Counted from the first letter of the stretch, positions 1 to 13,290 are shown. The stretch is 64,000 nucleotides of DNA from Eledone cirrhosa (GCA_964016885.1 OZ024740.1:88350001-88414000), one strand, 5' to 3'. Notes: generated from the letters alone by a model not told the origin. Program-made: numbers and translations.

Positions 1-624
1 TGAAACTAGACCACAAGTTTGCTTTCATTAACATTTGCTTCTCAAAAACATTATTTTGCTGGGCATGTGACCAATGAAAAATAAAATGAGAAATAAGTTG
101 CTAAGGTGCTCTTCTTTGAAAAACGAAGCAATTTCACCCGAAGATTGAAGCTAATTTAGTATCTGTTTGCTGGGAGATAACTACATAATTAACATACAGT
201 AGTCCATATCTGTTAAGGCTGTGATATACATAGATATTATAGCACAAAACGTTTGCATTCGGAGATAATATACTGTATTCGTAGAGCATAAAATTAAGAG
301 CATATGAAACAACGTACACTCGTTCGGATCGATCACTCCATCACAATGTGTTAGGAAACAGCAGGATAGAAGAGTTTACAACATACATATAGGCTGGAGT
401 TTGTTAATATATTAACTGCTATTGTATATCAATGAGACGAAACGATGTGCGTTATATTTATTGGAGAATCGTTTCGTTTTAACCCGATAACCATTATCCC
501 TGAACAGACAAGATGAAACCTTGAGCCATTGCAGAGGGCAACATATTTGTTAAATATTATTCAATTATCAAATTTTCTTCATAGTAATCCACTGATAGTC
601 ATTCACATTGGAACACTGACTCCA

Positions 625-1043
<419 letters not shown>

Positions 1044-1054
1044 GAACGAGTTGG

Positions 1055-1150
1055 ACCCCGACGGCTGAGCTCAAGCCGTTTCGACGGCTAATTCTGGACT
1101 AAAGGAACATTTTTATCCTGGTATTTGAATAGCCGAGCTTCTCAAGGGGT
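1055..1150 (-). ncRNA. Mirror copy of the family A hammerhead motif
   Basis: Reverse complement of 2144-2239 in the left arm; core and stems I and III identical. Confidence 0.68.
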
Positions 1151-2143
1151 AATTCCATATATGGTCAAAGTGATTGTCACAGGGATTGGTCAAATGTTTG
1201 TAGTTGAGACATAGTAATTCTATGATGGCAATTTGTGGAGGGAAGGGGTAGCTAAACCTGCCAGTAGGAGAAAGAGGGAGAGGGGGAGGAGGAGACCCAT
1301 TAATGCGTTGATAGTGCCGGCTACAGCTGGGCGTGAGGTCAAAGAAGATACTAGGGAGGGGGAGGGAGAGGAAGTCGAAACAGTAAGTAGAACAATAAGG
1401 GGTAAATATATAGAAAAATACTGAGTGTTAAAAAGCAATTAAATGTAAAAAAAAAAAAAAAAATTTACTTTTACTTCGGTACGAGCTTTTATGTAGCTTG
1501 CACTAGAACTTTTGTATCGTGGCGGCACCCTTAGAGATAGTATTAGTATTCTTTTTCGGGACTCTGAATTATTATTTTGTATTAGTTTACTTTTTTGCAC
1601 TGGGTGGTTGCTGGCCTTGTGCCTGGGTAGTAACTTTTATTATTTCGTGGTAGTTCCTTTAGTATTTTGGCCCATCACTTGTTGACCCGTCACCGTAAGA
1701 TATACTCAGTTTATTACTTATACCTCTTAAAAGGGTCTCATTTTAATTCCGTCCCACCTAGTATATATTTTTTTAGCCTAGCAATAGTGAGAGACTTAGG
1801 TCGTAGTAACCAGAAATTTTTTTTTAATTTTTTTAAATTTTTTTTTTTACATTTAATTGCTTTTTAACACTCAGTATTTTTCTATATATTTACCCCTTAT
1901 TGTTCTACTTATTGTTTCGACATCCTCCCCTCCCCCTCCCTAGTATCTTCTTTGACCTCACGCCCAGCTGTAGCCGGCACTATCAACGCATTAATGGGTC
2001 TCCTCCTCTCCCTCTCCCTCTTTCTCCTACTGGCAGGTTTAGCTACCCCTTCCCTCCACAAATTGCCATCATAGAATTATTATGTCTCAACTACAAACTT
2101 TTGACCGATCCCTGTGACAATCACTTTGACCATATATGGAATT

Positions 2144-2239
2144 ACCCCTTGAGAAGCTCGGCTATTCAAATACTAGGATACAAATTTTCATTTAGTCCAG
2201 AATTAGCCGTCGAAACGGCTTGAGCTCAGCCGTCGGGGT
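2144..2239 (+). ncRNA. Type I hammerhead ribozyme motif, U3:A8 core variant
   Basis: acccc-TTGAGAA-[stem II g..cggcta/tagccg..c, long loop]-GAAA-cggct tgagctc agccg-TC-ggggt; stem I acccc/ggggt; GUC cleavage triplet. Confidence 0.7.
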
Positions 2240-2349
2240 CCAACTCGTTCCTATTACCCACTCTACTACCCTAAGTATTGAGTATTTTGGTGCGTTATGG
2301 TCCACCTGGTTCCTTACCACATTTCTTCCGATATATATATATATATGTA

Positions 2350-2559
2350 TAAATATAAATCGCATTTCGGCGGGTAGAAAAAGCGAAACGTAACGCAAAT
2401 TCCGAGTCATGCTAGCAAGCGCTCCATGGGCTAAAAAGACCAGAGCAATAAACATAGGTTATAAGGGCCATACAAACTGAGAAGGCGGTCAAGAATCCAT
2501 TAACCACCTATGCCAAAAAACAAGTCAAGCTAAACAGATTAGACAAAATAAATGACATA

Positions 2560-2604
<45 letters not shown>

Positions 2605-3210
2605 CAAACCTGGACCCTTGGAATTGATGGTAAAATCCAGTACAGGGTTTCTGTGACACCTAAACCAATAATACTGTCTGCTTAAAACAATAAACTTTTG
2701 GTATGACGATCGAACGAGGAATATCACGTTATCAACAGGTATTTTGTTCTGCGCCAGTGTTGTAGATGACACGGTGTTTTGTAAAAGCACATGTGTAACT
2801 CACAGGGGAAAAACCCCAGATTTTGGCAAATGAATTCAGTATGTGTAAATCCATGCAAAAAATTGCATAAATAGCATAAATCGAATAAGCACTCAACTGT
2901 GTAGTTTTTAAAATAAACTTATGCAATTAATCTGTCAATAGAATTATTAACAGGTTAATTGTAAGACTTGGGAGATTAATACAAATATAAATTCAGCGGG
3001 AATCGCATTTCGGCAGGTAGAAAAAGCGAAACGTAACGCAAATTCCGGGTCATGCTGGCAGGCGCTCCATGGGCTAAAAAGACCAGAGCAATAAACATAG
3101 TTTATAAAGGTCATACAAACTGAGAAGGCGGTCAAGAAGCCATTAACCACCTAAGCCAAAAAAACAAGTCAAGCTAAACAGGTCAGACAAAATAAATGAC
3201 ATATTCATAT
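2350..3210. repeat. TA-flanked unclassified repeat (family B) with direct ~210-bp duplication
   Basis: 2350-2563 matches 2982-3210; internal part ~2667-2875 recurs at ~5558-5740. Confidence 0.75.
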
Positions 3211-3217
3211 GTATATA

Positions 3218-4070
3218 CTAGAAGAACTACCCGGCGTTGCCCGGGTGTAAGTCGACCTTTGCTCTGTTGTTAAAATGTGTGAAAGTTACTTCCCGGGCAT
3301 CACAGGTGCAACGTGGTTGTTGGGGTTCACGCTGTTGTTGGTGTTGTTATTGTCTACACCAAAGGAGGTCATCATGAAACAGGAGTTGTATTTCCACATG
3401 TTACAGCGGAACGTTGTAGCCGTAGTGTCGTCACCTGTAAGTAGATTCAGAAGAACGTCTGGCGAGTCAGGCAATGCCTCTAGTTGCACCTTACCTCCTG
3501 CACAGCACATAGAAGGCGCCTGGCCTGGCCACTTCATTGCCTTGCAGGATGTACAGACATTATCCATTTTGCCAATGGAAACTGTAGGCAGAAGTCCGTA
3601 ATCCTCAGAGGGGGTTATATCTGACGGCTGCTTTTACTCAGCCTGAGCTCTTGGCAGCAGTAGCTAATGTATGCCGAGAACGCTTAGCAGCAAGCCTGTT
3701 GTCTCTGTTTGCCGTGGACTCCTCTGCAAGCGCTTGTCGACGACGAAGGCGAACCCCAGCAAGCCTCGTCTGACGGGATGTTGGTGACTCCTCTGCAATC
3801 GCTTGTTCGTGACGAAGGCGAACGCCAGCAAGACGCGTCGTACAGGATGTTGGTGACTCTTCCGCCAGTGCTTGTTGGCGACGAAGGCGAACACCAGCAA
3901 GCCCCGTCGTACGGGATGTTGGTGACTCCTCCGCAAGCGCTTGTTGGCGACGAAGGCGAACATCAGCAAGCCTTGTCGTACGGGATATTAGTGACTCAAC
4001 CAGCCGGCAAAGACATCTATCAGCGAGTCGAGATTCGCGCTCAGCAGGTGTTTCCTAGAGAAAGTTAATT
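3218..4070 (-). mobile_element. Helitron deletion derivative: RepHel N-terminal fragment plus intact 3' end
   Basis: ORF 3286-3567 CTSCKAMKW..MCCAGGKVQL..P..LL.G....F..N..KYNSCFMMTSFG is a typical pre-Rep Helitron region. Minus-strand terminus acccgggcaacgccgggt-agttctt-CTAG|T. 5' end not located. Confidence 0.88.
3715..3998 (-). repeat. 69-bp tandem repeat (~4 copies) encoding 23-aa STPR-like repeats of the Helitron protein
   Basis: gtgactc recurs at 3784, 3853, 3922 and 3991; minus frame reads AEESPTSRTTGLAGVRLRRQQAL. Confidence 0.8.
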
Positions 4071-4491
4071 AATGCTACTGGTTAGCTAAGCCAAAGGCAC
4101 TGTGCCAATAGTAAATGAGAAAAGTGTAATATGAACAAATGGGAATCAAGGTAAGACAATACATTTAATATAACAAGGATTAGAATGTTGTAGTTGCTTA
4201 AAAGTGGTGACAGTTAGGATAAATGCAGTGCTTGCTAACTTTAAGGGAGAATATTGCATAAAGGATTAACCAATTAAGTTACTTCCCTGAGAACGCCTAT
4301 TTCGTCGTCTCAAAGCAGTAGCTGTATCTTTTTTGGAGGTAAGACTTGAACGTTTCCGTGGGGGCATAGCTACGTATAACGAAGCCGTTAGGTTAGAGAG
4401 GGGTGATTAAGTACAGAGAGAGGTGACACCAGATTTGCTAGCATGGTTACTGGTGAATGGGAAGGTTTGGAAATATGATTATAATAACTTA

Positions 4492-4761
4492 CCGAATTTT
4501 ACAGCCTATAAAGTGCACTTAAAATACCTAAAATCCATAAAAAAACAGCTCTGCGCTTTATACTTTATACTTTATACTCCGGTGAGCCTTATGTATAAAT
4601 AATACAATGGTAATCAATCACGGCTCTAACAGAAGTAATAAATCTAGACTAAAAGTAAAGAAGATAGCATTTTCCTGGTTGGCCTTACACGCCGTTGCGC
4701 GGACCTGATTTTAAATGATACGCCTTATATCCCGGTGAGCCTTATAGAGCGGAAAATACGG
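4492..4761. mobile_element. Tc1/mariner-pogo-type MITE
   Basis: Imperfect TIRs ccgaattttacagcctataaag / rc ccgtattttccgctctataagg; TA on both flanks; internal repeated ccggtgagccttat. Confidence 0.65.
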
Positions 4762-5744
4762 TATCTATTGGAAAAGAATACGAATTCATGACCAAGGTGT
4801 GACAAAATTGGCGTCTATACAGTGCCTGAAACAAACTTGTCTCAAACCCTGGGATCTTTCTCATTAAGTATCCACCCGAAAGGAACCGCTTCTTAGTTAC
4901 AAATAATAACCAAAGTGAATAGTAGCTATATTTCTGACATATCATGCCAAAAAGAACAATATATTCAAAAACTTTTCTAAAGTACATTCAATCTCTCTTT
5001 TTGACCGATGTCTTAATAAGCAAATTATCGATTTTTTATTAGCTGTCAGTGTTTATCTGCATGCAGGTGTGTACGTGTGCGCAATCAATTGCACTGCATG
5101 CAGATGGTCTATGACAACTAATTAAAAAATTAAAGAACAATAGCAATTTGTAAATATGCTCATAACATTTAGTCGTAAACAGAACATAAATGCCATTAGA
5201 GGTGGGCTAATAATGGAAAAGACACAAACCCTGGTGAACTTACGTTTAAAAACTCGAAAACTTACTCACTTCCTGTGCAAAAGACTGTGACAGTAGTGTT
5301 ATGAATTAAGTAATTTTTTTAGAACCTTTTGTTTAAAAAAGGAAAAAATTGGTACGGACGTAACATTTTTTACAACTTTGTATGTGTCCATTACAACTTG
5401 GTCAAAGTATTATTTAGTAAATCTTTTTCGAAAAGCATGATTATTTAAGACTGTTTGAAACTTTACTCACCGCTTTTAGCTTTTGGCATCACAAAAGACA
5501 CCATTAAATTTGGTTTCCTTTCAGATAGGGACAATACTGTATTTGCGACACACAAATCAATAATACTGTCTGCTTAAAACAATAAGCTTTTGGTATAATG
5601 ATCGAACGAGGAATATCACGTTATCAACAGGTATTTTGTTCTGCGCCAGTGTTGTGGACGACACAGTGTTTTGTAAAACCCCAGATTTTGGCAAATGAGT
5701 TCAGTATGTGTAAATCCATGCAAAAAATTGCATAAATACCACAA

Positions 5745-5790
<46 letters not shown>

Positions 5791-5792
<2 letters not shown>

Positions 5793-5991
5793 GAACGAGT
5801 AGGACCCCGACGGCTGAGCTCAGGCCGTTTCGATAGCTAATTCTGGACAGAATTGGTCCAGAATTAGCCGTCGAAACGGCCTGAGCTCAGCCGTCGGGGT
5901 CCTACTCGTTCCTATTACCCTCTCTACTACCCTAAGTATTGAGTACTTTGGTTATTATGGTCCACCTGGTTCTTTACCACATTTCCTTCGT

Positions 5992-5992
<1 letters not shown>
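5791..5992 (+). mobile_element. Minimal family A fold-back copy (~200 bp)
   Basis: ~58-bp perfect inverted arms (5791-5848 / 5856-5913), same tail as 2252-2330, (TA)n on both sides; lacks the 5' half of the hammerhead core. Confidence 0.88.
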
Positions 5993-6025
<33 letters not shown>

Positions 6026-6457
6026 TTTTGAGTTTATGTTGGTTGTATACCAACACCTCAGTATGCAGGCTGGAGCACTCGACGAAGTGCGCAGGTTGGT
6101 TTGGTTACTCCGGAGTAGTGTAAAATAAAGTTAAATAAAAGTCAAATGATTAAAATTTAGCTTCGTTTATTACTGCTATATATATTTCAGTGACAGCCAT
6201 CTTTGGCTGTGACCTCTTCAGGCAGTTTGAATTAGTATGGTACAGTTCCACAGTTCCTCAGTGAATTAACAACCCAACAAGGAACTGAGCATATCAGAGT
6301 ATTGACAATATTATACACCTAAACAACATATGTACTTGTCTATACCATACTAATTCAAACTGCCTGAAGAGGTCACAGCCTAAGATGGCTGTCACTGAAA
6401 TATATATAGCAGTAATAAACGAAGCTAAATTTTAATCATTTGACTTTTATTTAACTT

Positions 6458-6464
<7 letters not shown>
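6026..6464 (-). mobile_element. Fold-back element, family C, between (TA)n/(GA)n tracts
   Basis: Arms 6121-6242 and 6343-6464 are near-perfect reverse complements; 100-bp spacer; tail 6026-6120. Confidence 0.88.
6359..6413 (+). ncRNA. Minimal type I hammerhead motif (mirror copy 6172-6226, minus strand)
   Basis: actgc-CTGAAGA-ggtcacagcc taagat ggctgtcact-GAAA-tatata-TA-gcagt; canonical core and palindromic loop 3 as described for PLE minimal hammerheads. Confidence 0.82.
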
Positions 6465-6505
<41 letters not shown>

Positions 6506-7383
6506 GTGTGTCTGTATCAATGTATGTGGATATGTATTATGTAGTTATATACATTTTATAAAAGTACCCTTACAACAATGTATTGATCTCAGTAAAGGCC
6601 AATTACATTCTCCAACATATTTTATTATCACTTCGTGAAAGTATAAAGAGATATTAGCCTCGGAGATTTTTTTTTCATTTTCATACATAACAATATATTA
6701 AGAATATATTAGTAAATAATGTTCTTTTCAATCAAGTTAGATCGTTTTACGATGCTGGTTTGAACGGCTAACTTATGTAGATTAACAATAACAAAAGAAT
6801 AAGGGAAGTTAGTAGTTTCAGAGAATAACAGTTGTATGAGTCGATTGGAGGCAAGGTGAAGCAATCAGTAGAAAAGCCAATGATTTCTATTTCTTCACTC
6901 GGTGTTGAGTTCTATCCATGGCCTTGAGACTTAAAACCCGGCATATGTTCAATGTTATTAATCTCGTTGTTTATGTACTTGCCAACATTTCAAGTTGACC
7001 TGATCTGGACAAACAAATTAGAACATTATAAACTGAAAAAAGTATTAGACGCTTACAATCACAAATCAACATCCAGAAAGAACTTATTGACTTTGAGAAA
7101 TGTATTGGCCTGAAATGAATCTTAGCCCACCTCTACCATATCTTTACACACTGAGTAATTCTGTCGATCTCTTAACAATTTTAGTTTTGTATAATGGCTT
7201 AAATGACGATATTGAAGAAGCGCGCGTTAGAGCGTCAAACGAACTGACTTGCCCTATTTACACAGGCTCTTTGATTTCTGAGTTCAGATTCCGCCGATGT
7301 TACGTTTTGTTCTTCCCGGGGAGATAGATATTGTCAGGATCATTAGAATGATGCCTGTTATACTTTTTAGCCTTTATTATGTA

Positions 7384-7470
7384 TCATCCTTACGAGGTCG
7401 ATAAAATAAAGTACCAGTAATGTACTGTACTGGGTAATTGCTGGCCTTGTGCCAAAAGTAGAAACAATTA
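7384..7470 (+). mobile_element. 3' half of tRNA-derived SINE (Deu/Nin-domain-like)
   Basis: tcatccttacgaggtcgataaaataaagtaccag...gctggccttgtgccaaaagtagaaacaatta matches the other copies. Confidence 0.8.
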
Positions 7471-10400
7471 TGTATCTTTGCATGCTGAATTCAAATCTCG
7501 CCATGACCTACTTGACTAGTGGATCTCATTTTTCACCTGGTTTAACATTAACACAAAACGTGGTAGCCGTTAGCGACTCCATTCTATTGCAATAACCCAA
7601 GTTAGTTCTTCAGTTTAAGTATACGTTTTATCCTTCTTCGCAGGAGTATTAGAGGCTGTGAGATGGGCATGGGCATTGTCTTTTATTCTGACTAAGTGGT
7701 AAAGAGAACTTCTATAAATTCGAATATTTCACTTAGGTTATTTTAACATCAAACACTGTAAAGATTCCTATATTTACCAAAAGTTAATATTCTTAATAGC
7801 ATATAATGATAAGAAAAGAAAACATTCATTAAACTCCAAATAATATGTTTTATTCTGTTGTTTGCTGGTTATTTATTTGTTTAACTCTAAATTAGTTGTG
7901 TTGGACCAGACGTATGATCAGTTGTATTCAAGCATTTAGAATCCGATTTTCGTTTGCCCGAGACTATTTAATTTAAAGTATTCCTCTTTTTAAAAATACG
8001 ATAGAGCATGATTTGAGGGAGATTTAGTTGGTATCTCAAGCAGATAGATCAATTGATCGTACAGAAGCATACTCGTTGACATGCAACAACACAGAGGGTC
8101 CCGCAATGACAGCTATTGTAATTAAATATGGTAAATAACCAGTGAAAATGTATATGATTGTAATTTGCACTCACTGCTTCGTTTCTCGGGCAGAGGGCTC
8201 TCTTTGGATATTTTTCAATGTAATTATTTGAAATTGGCTATATGTCCGCCGTTCTGTGGGATTAATAACTGTTTATTGATTATTAAGGAAATCTAATAAT
8301 ATGGAAACTTGTCCTAGGTTTCAATCATAACTACCAAATATCAAACTCACTTCCCTGTAAATTTCTATAGAAGTTTTAGTAAAATGAAATTTAGAAGTTC
8401 CCTCCATTCTTCATTTTAGATACATTTTCACTAACGGTAATGAGCCTCCACATTACGGTTATAATTTTAATTGATTAAAAAAGCATTCTTTTTGGATCAC
8501 CTCATCATATATGGAAGCATGCACTTAATTATATGTGATAAAATCGGATATGCTATATGGTTTTGAGTTCATGCTCTGCCAAAGGAAATTTAATTTTTAT
8601 GTTTCAGTATCAATGAAAATCTGTACTAGTAATAAATCTCCGAATGAGTGAATCGAAAATATTCAATATTTGTCTACAAACTAGATTTTGTTTGCGTCAA
8701 CGAGAACATTTACAGAGTTACTCGCCCGCCCAAAAGGAAATAGTAGTCAAATAATTCTTAAATCACATAACGCAATATGCCTCATGAAAACAAAAATGGG
8801 ATTGTCTCCGTAAGTATAATTTATGTTTCCTTTGCCTTTACAGCTAAACTAATTAAGATAGTAATATTTTCTCGTCACTAAGGTTGTAAAGTTTATATAT
8901 TCATTTATCCAAAAAAATTAATATTTAGTCAAATATAAAGAAAAAGAATGTAGCATTGCAAAATGAGAGGAAAAAAAAGGGAAAGTGCAAGGATTATAGA
9001 GCAGCGAAAGAAAGGGAGAAGGGGTGAGGGTAACATATTTTATACATCAGAGTGATGTTTCGTCTGCTCCACGCGGACGAAATGGCAAAGACATTTCTGC
9101 AGACAATGACCAGTGACACCTGCTGCAACAACCTTGTGAAGTGAACGTTAAACATTCTTGGTTCAACAACAGTAAAAAGACCAAGAATTATAATAATAAC
9201 AAACGCAACAGCAATAATAGCAAGAACAAAAACAACAATAGCAGCAGCAATAACAACGACAACTTCCATACCAAGAACAGCAACAATAGCAACAACTGCG
9301 TGTTCTTTCATTTTTAAGCCATTTAGGTCTATTAATTCCAAGTGATCAGTCTCGTTCTCTTCTTGGTCAGAACGTGCTGGAATTGGTTTCTGTGAACTAC
9401 CCAATTACCATAGAATGATTTGAAATCTAGACCGCAAATTAATGAAGCATGCATTAATTATATTGTACTCGGGGCAGCAAGGAGTGATGAACTGCTCTTA
9501 CTTAAACAATTATTTACAACCAAGTAGACTCGGCTAGCGGATAATTTATGTTTCAGGAAGAGCTCAAATACCTGATGTAAACATAGGAAATTCTTGACTC
9601 ACTAACCGGTTGTCTGAGGCCGATTAATTATCACCATTGACAGTTTGGGCTGCTGTTAAATAATTAACTTAAGATAACCAAAGTGAAATGTTCGCTGATA
9701 TATAGAACAACATTTAGATTTTAGATTTTAGAGTGCAACATCTTTCATACACTTTTGTATAGATACTAAAGTTCTATTATTATCATTGATAATGTTCTGG
9801 GAAAGTGATTTCCGCAAGATCTATTTAAAATGAAAATATATTTTCTGTCTCTAAGTAAGCAATGTTTCCAAGCGAAAGAGAGCTGTATAGAATAGAGTTA
9901 TTCACAAATATTTTTAGATCCCGTTTTCTTCATTATTTTCCTCCCACTGTCAGAAGAACTACTCTTTGTCCTTTCTATCAATTGTTGGCTTACGTTTAGT
10001 CGGACATCTTGTCTGGTTTGAAATAGTTAATAGTTCCGAGGCATGAACATCAATGCTTTAGTAATGATCTATAGCCTGGTAAGGAAGCCGCTAACACAGA
10101 AAATACAATGTCTTTTTGCCAGTTTCTAAAGATTTATATTAGTATAATATCATTGCACGGAATAAATGTCAGAAAGTGTCTTTATATTTCACTTCGATAA
10201 CATAACTCTGCAATTAAATGATACACTCATAGAATTATATTAATATTAATATTTATATTTCGGACAATATACAAGACGCTGTCTATATAAAAGTAGATGT
10301 CTATTAAATTCTCTTAGACAAATATATTACTGGTATTTCCATTAACAAACTCATGGAAATAAATGCCTTTCTACCTCTGGAAATGGTTGTGTATAGCTGA

Positions 10401-11545
10401 ATCTGTAGAGCACACGTCATTTTCATTTCTGAATTTAAGCCTCCCGATGATATATTCTATATTTCCTCCCACCGATATCGATAAAATAAGTACCAATTAA
10501 AATCCATCCTAAAATCAATTTAATCGATTAATCCCTACCTTCGAATATATGGCCTTGTGCCAATATTAGAAATCATTATTTTTCTTTACACAAAGCACAA
10601 ACGTCAACTTTCACGACGAAACGTTATAATTGATTTCATCGATCATCGATCAGAGCAATGAAGGAAAACGTTGATGTAGAATTATCTATTGGTATTTGAC
10701 TGAGAAGAACATGAATGGATTTTATGTATTTCAAAATCATTCAAATTTTATTTCTAATTTTAGGAAGTATCCCAATACAAATATTGGAATTTCAAATTGC
10801 GTATATATATATAAAAAGAACAATAAAAAACTACTACTTGCCCAACATAGTTCAAATTTGCCACAGATGATTAAAATAAAAGCATTAGACATTGACGAGC
10901 TAAATATGCAACAGGGATTCCTGTTTGGGAATATAATGAAAAAATATTCATTAATTTTACTATACTTCATGCTAACAACTCGCTTAAGAAATACAAGAAA
11001 AATGTTTTACGTAACTACAAGGCTAGACCTTTGCGGGAAAGCAACAGTCAATTAAATCATGTCCAGAACATGGCTGGCTGACTGGCACGTTATCATATCA
11101 ACACTTGAATGATGAAATGCAAAGGTGACCTCAGCAAGATTTGAAATCAGAACTCAGGGGGGAAGATCATTAAATTGAAAAATAAAATTTACGAAAGAAT
11201 TCAGCAACAATATTCAACAACACTTCTTTTTCTTTTTTTTCTTCTTCACTCACTTATTCCTGAGAAAGTCCTCAAACAATTATTCCAGGGGATTATAAAT
11301 CAAAGTTGATTATTTAAAGCATATTATATCAAACAGCGTTATGAGTACTAGCAGAAAAACCTTCGGGTGGTTTTCTGCCAGCATGTGTAGTGTGCATATT
11401 GATGTTATACGCAAATATATATGCATGTAGATATACGTCAAATAAAATCGTAATTGACAATATGCACAGAAATTGAAGAGAGACTGTGTTACACTCTCTT
11501 CTGCAATCAGTAAAGTAATCTATGATACATTTAAAAAAGACGATA

Positions 11546-12785
11546 TCTATCTATATAAAACTGAGGATGTGTGTGTGTATGTCCGTACCCACATAACTTC
11601 TACAATTTGCAACCGATTTTCTTTAAATTTGGAATAAACAGGCGTTATGTTCCCAGGAGTGTTTTGGACTCATAAAAGTTTCAATTTTTTGTCTAATGCG
11701 GCCCCTAGATAAATATTAGTTGGTTGGTTGCACGAAAACTAAACACACACACACATATATATATATATATACATACATATACATCTAAAGATAGAGAGAG
11801 AGAGAGAGAGAGAGGGGGATTAGGGAGGGGAGAAAATTATAGCAGCCTTCTGTGAATTTAACTCTTATTTATTTATTTATTCTTTACACACTGTTCAACT
11901 CTCCACTTTCCTCAACCTTACGTCTCTTTCTCTCTCTCTTTCACACAAGAGGTACTGTGACTCTCTCTCTCTGTCTCTCTCTCTGTATGGGTGTATATAT
12001 GTTGTGTGTGCCCGGGGAAGTTACAGTGTCCGCACACACACACTCACAAACACGCATATATATATATATGTATATATATAAATAACGGAATCTTTTGAAT
12101 CTAGAAGAAAAAAATCAATCTGTGGACGCAGAAGTACATATTTCGTTACCACGGAAGGAAAATAGGAAGACGATACTTTGGTTTATGAAGACGTTCCTTG
12201 GCAATGAGTGGAAAAAAGCGAGGATAATTACGCCGTTGTGTGGAGGGTGGAGAACGATTTCTTGCAAAGACAAAAACACGTTATTGGAATAAATGGAGAC
12301 GCTAGACTAATATTCTATTTAGAATAACCGGATGATTCTCCGGAGTTTAAGAATAATGTAAATAAAGTTGTTAAACAGAAATGACAGAGGTTATTAAAAT
12401 AGTAAAAGTAAATAATTGTATCTACTTTTGGCACAGGGACAGCAATTACCCAGTGCATTACTGGTACTTTATTTTATCGACACCGTAAGGATGAAAGACA
12501 AACTAAACCTCGGCGGGATTTGAACTCAGAATGAAAAAGGCCGTAACTCTATGCGTCAAATGATGGCGTCCGACCCTCTACCGATTAGGCCAGGGCATAA
12601 GTATGCGCCGACACATACATACGCACACACAAATATACTTATATTTAATATACATACATATACACACATATACACGCACGCATACACATACATATATATA
12701 CACATATATACACATATATACCCATATACATATTATATATACCCATATACATATATATATTTACATATATATATATATATATATT

Positions 12786-12828
<43 letters not shown>

Positions 12829-13026
12829 TTCTGTTTGGCTTTTACACGCACACACACACATATATATATATATACATATATACTCACATACACACACACC
12901 TATATATATATGTACATATACACATATATATATACGCATATATACATACATACCTACACCTATATACGCATATACACGCACACATGCATATACGCCTAAA
13001 AACACATACAAATATGTATATATGTT

Positions 13027-13063
<37 letters not shown>

Positions 13064-13172
13064 CATACATACACATAAATACACATATGTACATACATAT
13101 GTACATATGCATATATACACACATACCCATGCATACATACATACATACACACATACACATACATACATATAT

Positions 13173-13207
<35 letters not shown>

Positions 13208-13290
13208 CACGAATGGATATATATACACATACATATATACATAACATGACTGCTATTTAATGCCCGAGCAACGCCGAGTACCTCTGCTAG
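11546..13290 (+). mobile_element. Complete non-autonomous Helitron with nested SINE and microsatellites
   Basis: A|TCtatctatataaaac 5' end; 3' cccgagcaacgccgagt-acctctg-CTAG|T, similar to the terminus at 3218; inserted between A and T with no TSD. Confidence 0.8.
12415..12586 (-). mobile_element. tRNA-derived SINE
   Basis: Reverse complement of the SINE at 13598 and 24960. Confidence 0.85.

Larger units (their letters stand above)
1042..2330 (+). mobile_element. Non-coding fold-back element, family A (PLE pseudo-LTR-like), between (TA)n tracts
   Basis: 1042-~1466 is the reverse complement of ~1836-2251 with few mismatches; ~370-bp spacer; unique ~80-bp tail 2252-2330; related copies at 5791, 18141 and 60910. 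Confidence 0.85.

Noticed and set aside
2476-2535. Hammerhead-like text in family B (CTGAGAA...gccAAAA..TC)
   Set aside because: Unpaired C3/A8, no GAAA and no stem I.
3709-4068. Plus-strand 119-aa repetitive ORF
   Set aside because: Antisense reading of the Helitron 69-bp repeats.
8994-9404. Hydrophobic 136-aa ORF resembling a membrane protein
   Set aside because: The hydrophobic stretch comes from a degenerate (CAA/CAG/TAA)n repeat; no recognisable domain.
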